Positions 62,563 to 64,000 of a stretch of 64,000 bases of DNA are shown here, in pieces. The position numbers and the translations under genes are program-made. The notes under the pieces are model-generated. The model worked only from the letters and a program-made list of their open reading frames with translations, made no database searches and had not been told where the DNA came from. The stretch spans positions 42,036 through 106,035 of the forward strand of contig JAIEMA010000014.1 in assembly GCA_019752535.1 (NCBI GenBank), written 5' to 3'. Positions within the stretch are counted from its first letter, which is position 1; each line of letters begins with the position of its first letter. The stretch comes from Bacteriovoracaceae bacterium. GTDB lineage: Bacteria > Bdellovibrionota > Bacteriovoracia > Bacteriovoracales > Bacteriovoracaceae.

Positions 62563-62927
62563 AAAGTATCTTAATAATAGAGGATGAAGTGCTCATTGCT
62601 CAGTCATTGAAGAAACTTCTCGAAAAGAGAGGCCACAAGGTTCAAACGACAGAATCTGGGATTGAGGCCATTAAATATATTAGTGAAACAAATTTCGATA
62701 GAATCGTCTGTGATCTCATGCTTCAAGACATCTCTGGATTTGATGTGCTTGAGGAATCAAGAAAAAAATATTCTCAAGATCAAATCGGAAAAATATTCAT
62801 TATTATGACGGCCTATAATTCTCCACAAGTACTCGAAAAGGCCTCTGAATACGAATGTGAAATTTTAAATAAGCCATTTGAAGATCTAAAATTGGCGATG
62901 GATAAAATCGAAGGTAGCCATATATGA
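62559..62927 (+). CDS. Single-domain (CheY-like) response regulator
   Basis: 122 aa. ILIIEDE..., phospho-acceptor context RIVCDLMLQDISGFDV, ...IIMTAY..., LNKPF. No output domain. ATGA overlaps at both ends. Confidence 0.85.
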   Translation: MKSILIIEDEVLIAQSLKKLLEKRGHKVQTTESGIEAIKYISETNFDRIVCDLMLQDISGFDVLEESRKKYSQDQIGKIFIIMTAYNSPQVLEKASEYECEILNKPFEDLKLAMDKIEGSHI

Positions 62928-63817
62928 AATCGATAACAAGTGTAGGCATAACTCTTAAGCCACATGCCACCAATGAATTTCTTAGTGTTCTTCCTCATCT
63001 ATGCCAATGGCTTAGCAGAAGAAAAAAAGAAATAATTTTCAGGCAACATGACCAAGAGAGAGTGGTTAAATTACTTCCAAAGTCTGAAGGAAAATTTGAT
63101 TTTCTTACTGACGAGAAATTTTTTAAATTGCCAGACATTATGATTTCACTCGGTGGTGATGGCACCATGATTGGAGTATGTAGAAAAATTTCACCCAAAA
63201 TTCCAATCTTAGGTATTAATTTGGGACGACTGGGTTTTATTACACCTTATTCCAAGAATGAATTCTTTGATCATCTCGGTCCTATCATCGATGGAAAATT
63301 TAAGACCATTAAACAACCACTGTACCAAGTTACTGTTTTGAGACGTGGAAAAACTATATTTCAACAACCTTTCTTTAATGACGCCGTTGTAGCGAAGAAT
63401 GAAATTGCTCGCATGATCCATCTTCGTGTCGAATCCAATGAAGAGCACATCTATAATCTCGCTGCAGATGGCTTGATTGTAAGCTCCACAATGGGATCAA
63501 CGGCTTATTCGCTTGCGGCCGGCGGACCTCTAGTCCACCCTGAGGTAGCGGCTTTAATATTAGCTCCGATCTGTCCGCACTCCTTAACTTATCGCCCTCT
63601 CGTGATCCCACCAAAATCAAAAATTAGTCTTAAAGTATTACCTCCCTACAATACTGTGAATTTGACATTAGACGGACAAGTTGTTTTTCCGATTGAAGAG
63701 CACGACAATATTCTTATAAATAAGAAGCCAGCGAAGTATGTTTCATTAATTGAAAATGAAGCAAGATCATTTTATGAAACATTGAAAGAGAAATTTGTTC
63801 ATGGAAGAAGATCATAG
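62924..63817 (+). CDS. nadK: NAD+ kinase
   Basis: 297 aa. IMISLGGDGTM, NLGRLGFIT and SSTMGSTAYSLAAGGPLVHP are the NadK motifs. Confidence 0.9.
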   Translation: MKSITSVGITLKPHATNEFLSVLPHLCQWLSRRKKEIIFRQHDQERVVKLLPKSEGKFDFLTDEKFFKLPDIMISLGGDGTMIGVCRKISPKIPILGINLGRLGFITPYSKNEFFDHLGPIIDGKFKTIKQPLYQVTVLRRGKTIFQQPFFNDAVVAKNEIARMIHLRVESNEEHIYNLAADGLIVSSTMGSTAYSLAAGGPLVHPEVAALILAPICPHSLTYRPLVIPPKSKISLKVLPPYNTVNLTLDGQVVFPIEEHDNILINKKPAKYVSLIENEARSFYETLKEKFVHGRRS

Positions 63818-63828
63818 AGGAAAAAATC

Positions 63829-64000
63829 ATGACACACTCAAATCTAATACTTGAATCTATTAAACTCCAAAATTTTGCGACATTTAAATCGCACTCTGTC
63901 AGTTTCTCATCAGGCCTTAATGCGATTATTGGAGAAACAGGATCTGGGAAAAGTTTACTTCTCGATGCACTCCAACTCGTATTTGGTGGAAGAGCTGACA
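63829..64000 (+). CDS. recN: DNA repair protein RecN, N-terminal fragment (continues past the right edge)
   Basis: Not in the ORF track (no stop in the window). ATG 63829 gives MTHSNLILESIKLQNFATFKSHSVSFSSGLNAIIGETGSGKSLLLDALQLVFGGRAD, the RecN N-terminus with Walker A GETGSGKS. nadK-recN adjacency is common. Confidence 0.85.
   Translation, partial: MTHSNLILESIKLQNFATFKSHSVSFSSGLNAIIGETGSGKSLLLDALQLVFGGRAD

Noticed and set aside
1-64000. Mobile elements, prophage, CRISPR arrays, or classical defence islands
   Set aside because: No transposase, integrase or recombinase-like ORF, no terminal inverted repeats, no direct-repeat/spacer arrays and no restriction-modification or toxin-antitoxin-like pairs were seen. 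Gene content is core housekeeping, envelope and motility genes.

Overview
AT-rich (roughly 37-38% GC by eye, not computed), very tightly packed bacterial chromosome segment. About 60 genes are present. Nearly everything from 46.4 kb down to position 1 is on the minus strand, with many stop/start overlaps (ATGA, TAATG, 8-nt overlaps). I saw no rRNA, tRNA, CRISPR array, transposase or integrase. Gene content suggests a Bdellovibrio-like predator (Bacteriovoracaceae/Halobacteriovorax-type); this taxonomic call is inference only. The supporting content is a Myxococcus-type type IVa pilus supercluster with an embedded ABC transporter, a Bat/MoxR aerotolerance operon, TamB-Omp85 and secreted metzincins. 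Housekeeping genes: lon (partial), rplM-rpsI, accB-accC, efp, aroQ, aroE, ribF, lepB, rlmE, nth, nadK, recN (partial). The supplied ORF track omits edge-truncated ORFs (lon, recN) and translates GTG/TTG starts as M, so several starts were re-evaluated by hand. The best candidate for an undescribed system is the four-gene block 57314-60964. It is translationally chained between fliD-fliS-(fliT-like) and a soluble histidine kinase plus single-domain receiver. It encodes a Maf-N-terminal-like protein, two degenerate heptosyltransferase-like (GT-B) proteins with helical tails, and a small helical protein. Other points worth follow-up: (1) a compact NFACT/RqcH-like gene head-to-head, 9 bp apart, with mutS2; (2) a strongly diverged UvrA paralogue with a degenerate second ATPase site; (3) a secreted metzincin and its neighbour, both with tripartite C-terminal anchor signals; (4) a cytoplasmic helical-repeat protein coupled to TamB-Omp85; (5) a GC-richer islet holding an orphan 93-aa ORF; (6) several head-to-head and tail-to-tail gene pairs with essentially no intergenic DNA. 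All family assignments rest on motif recognition by eye; no searches were run.
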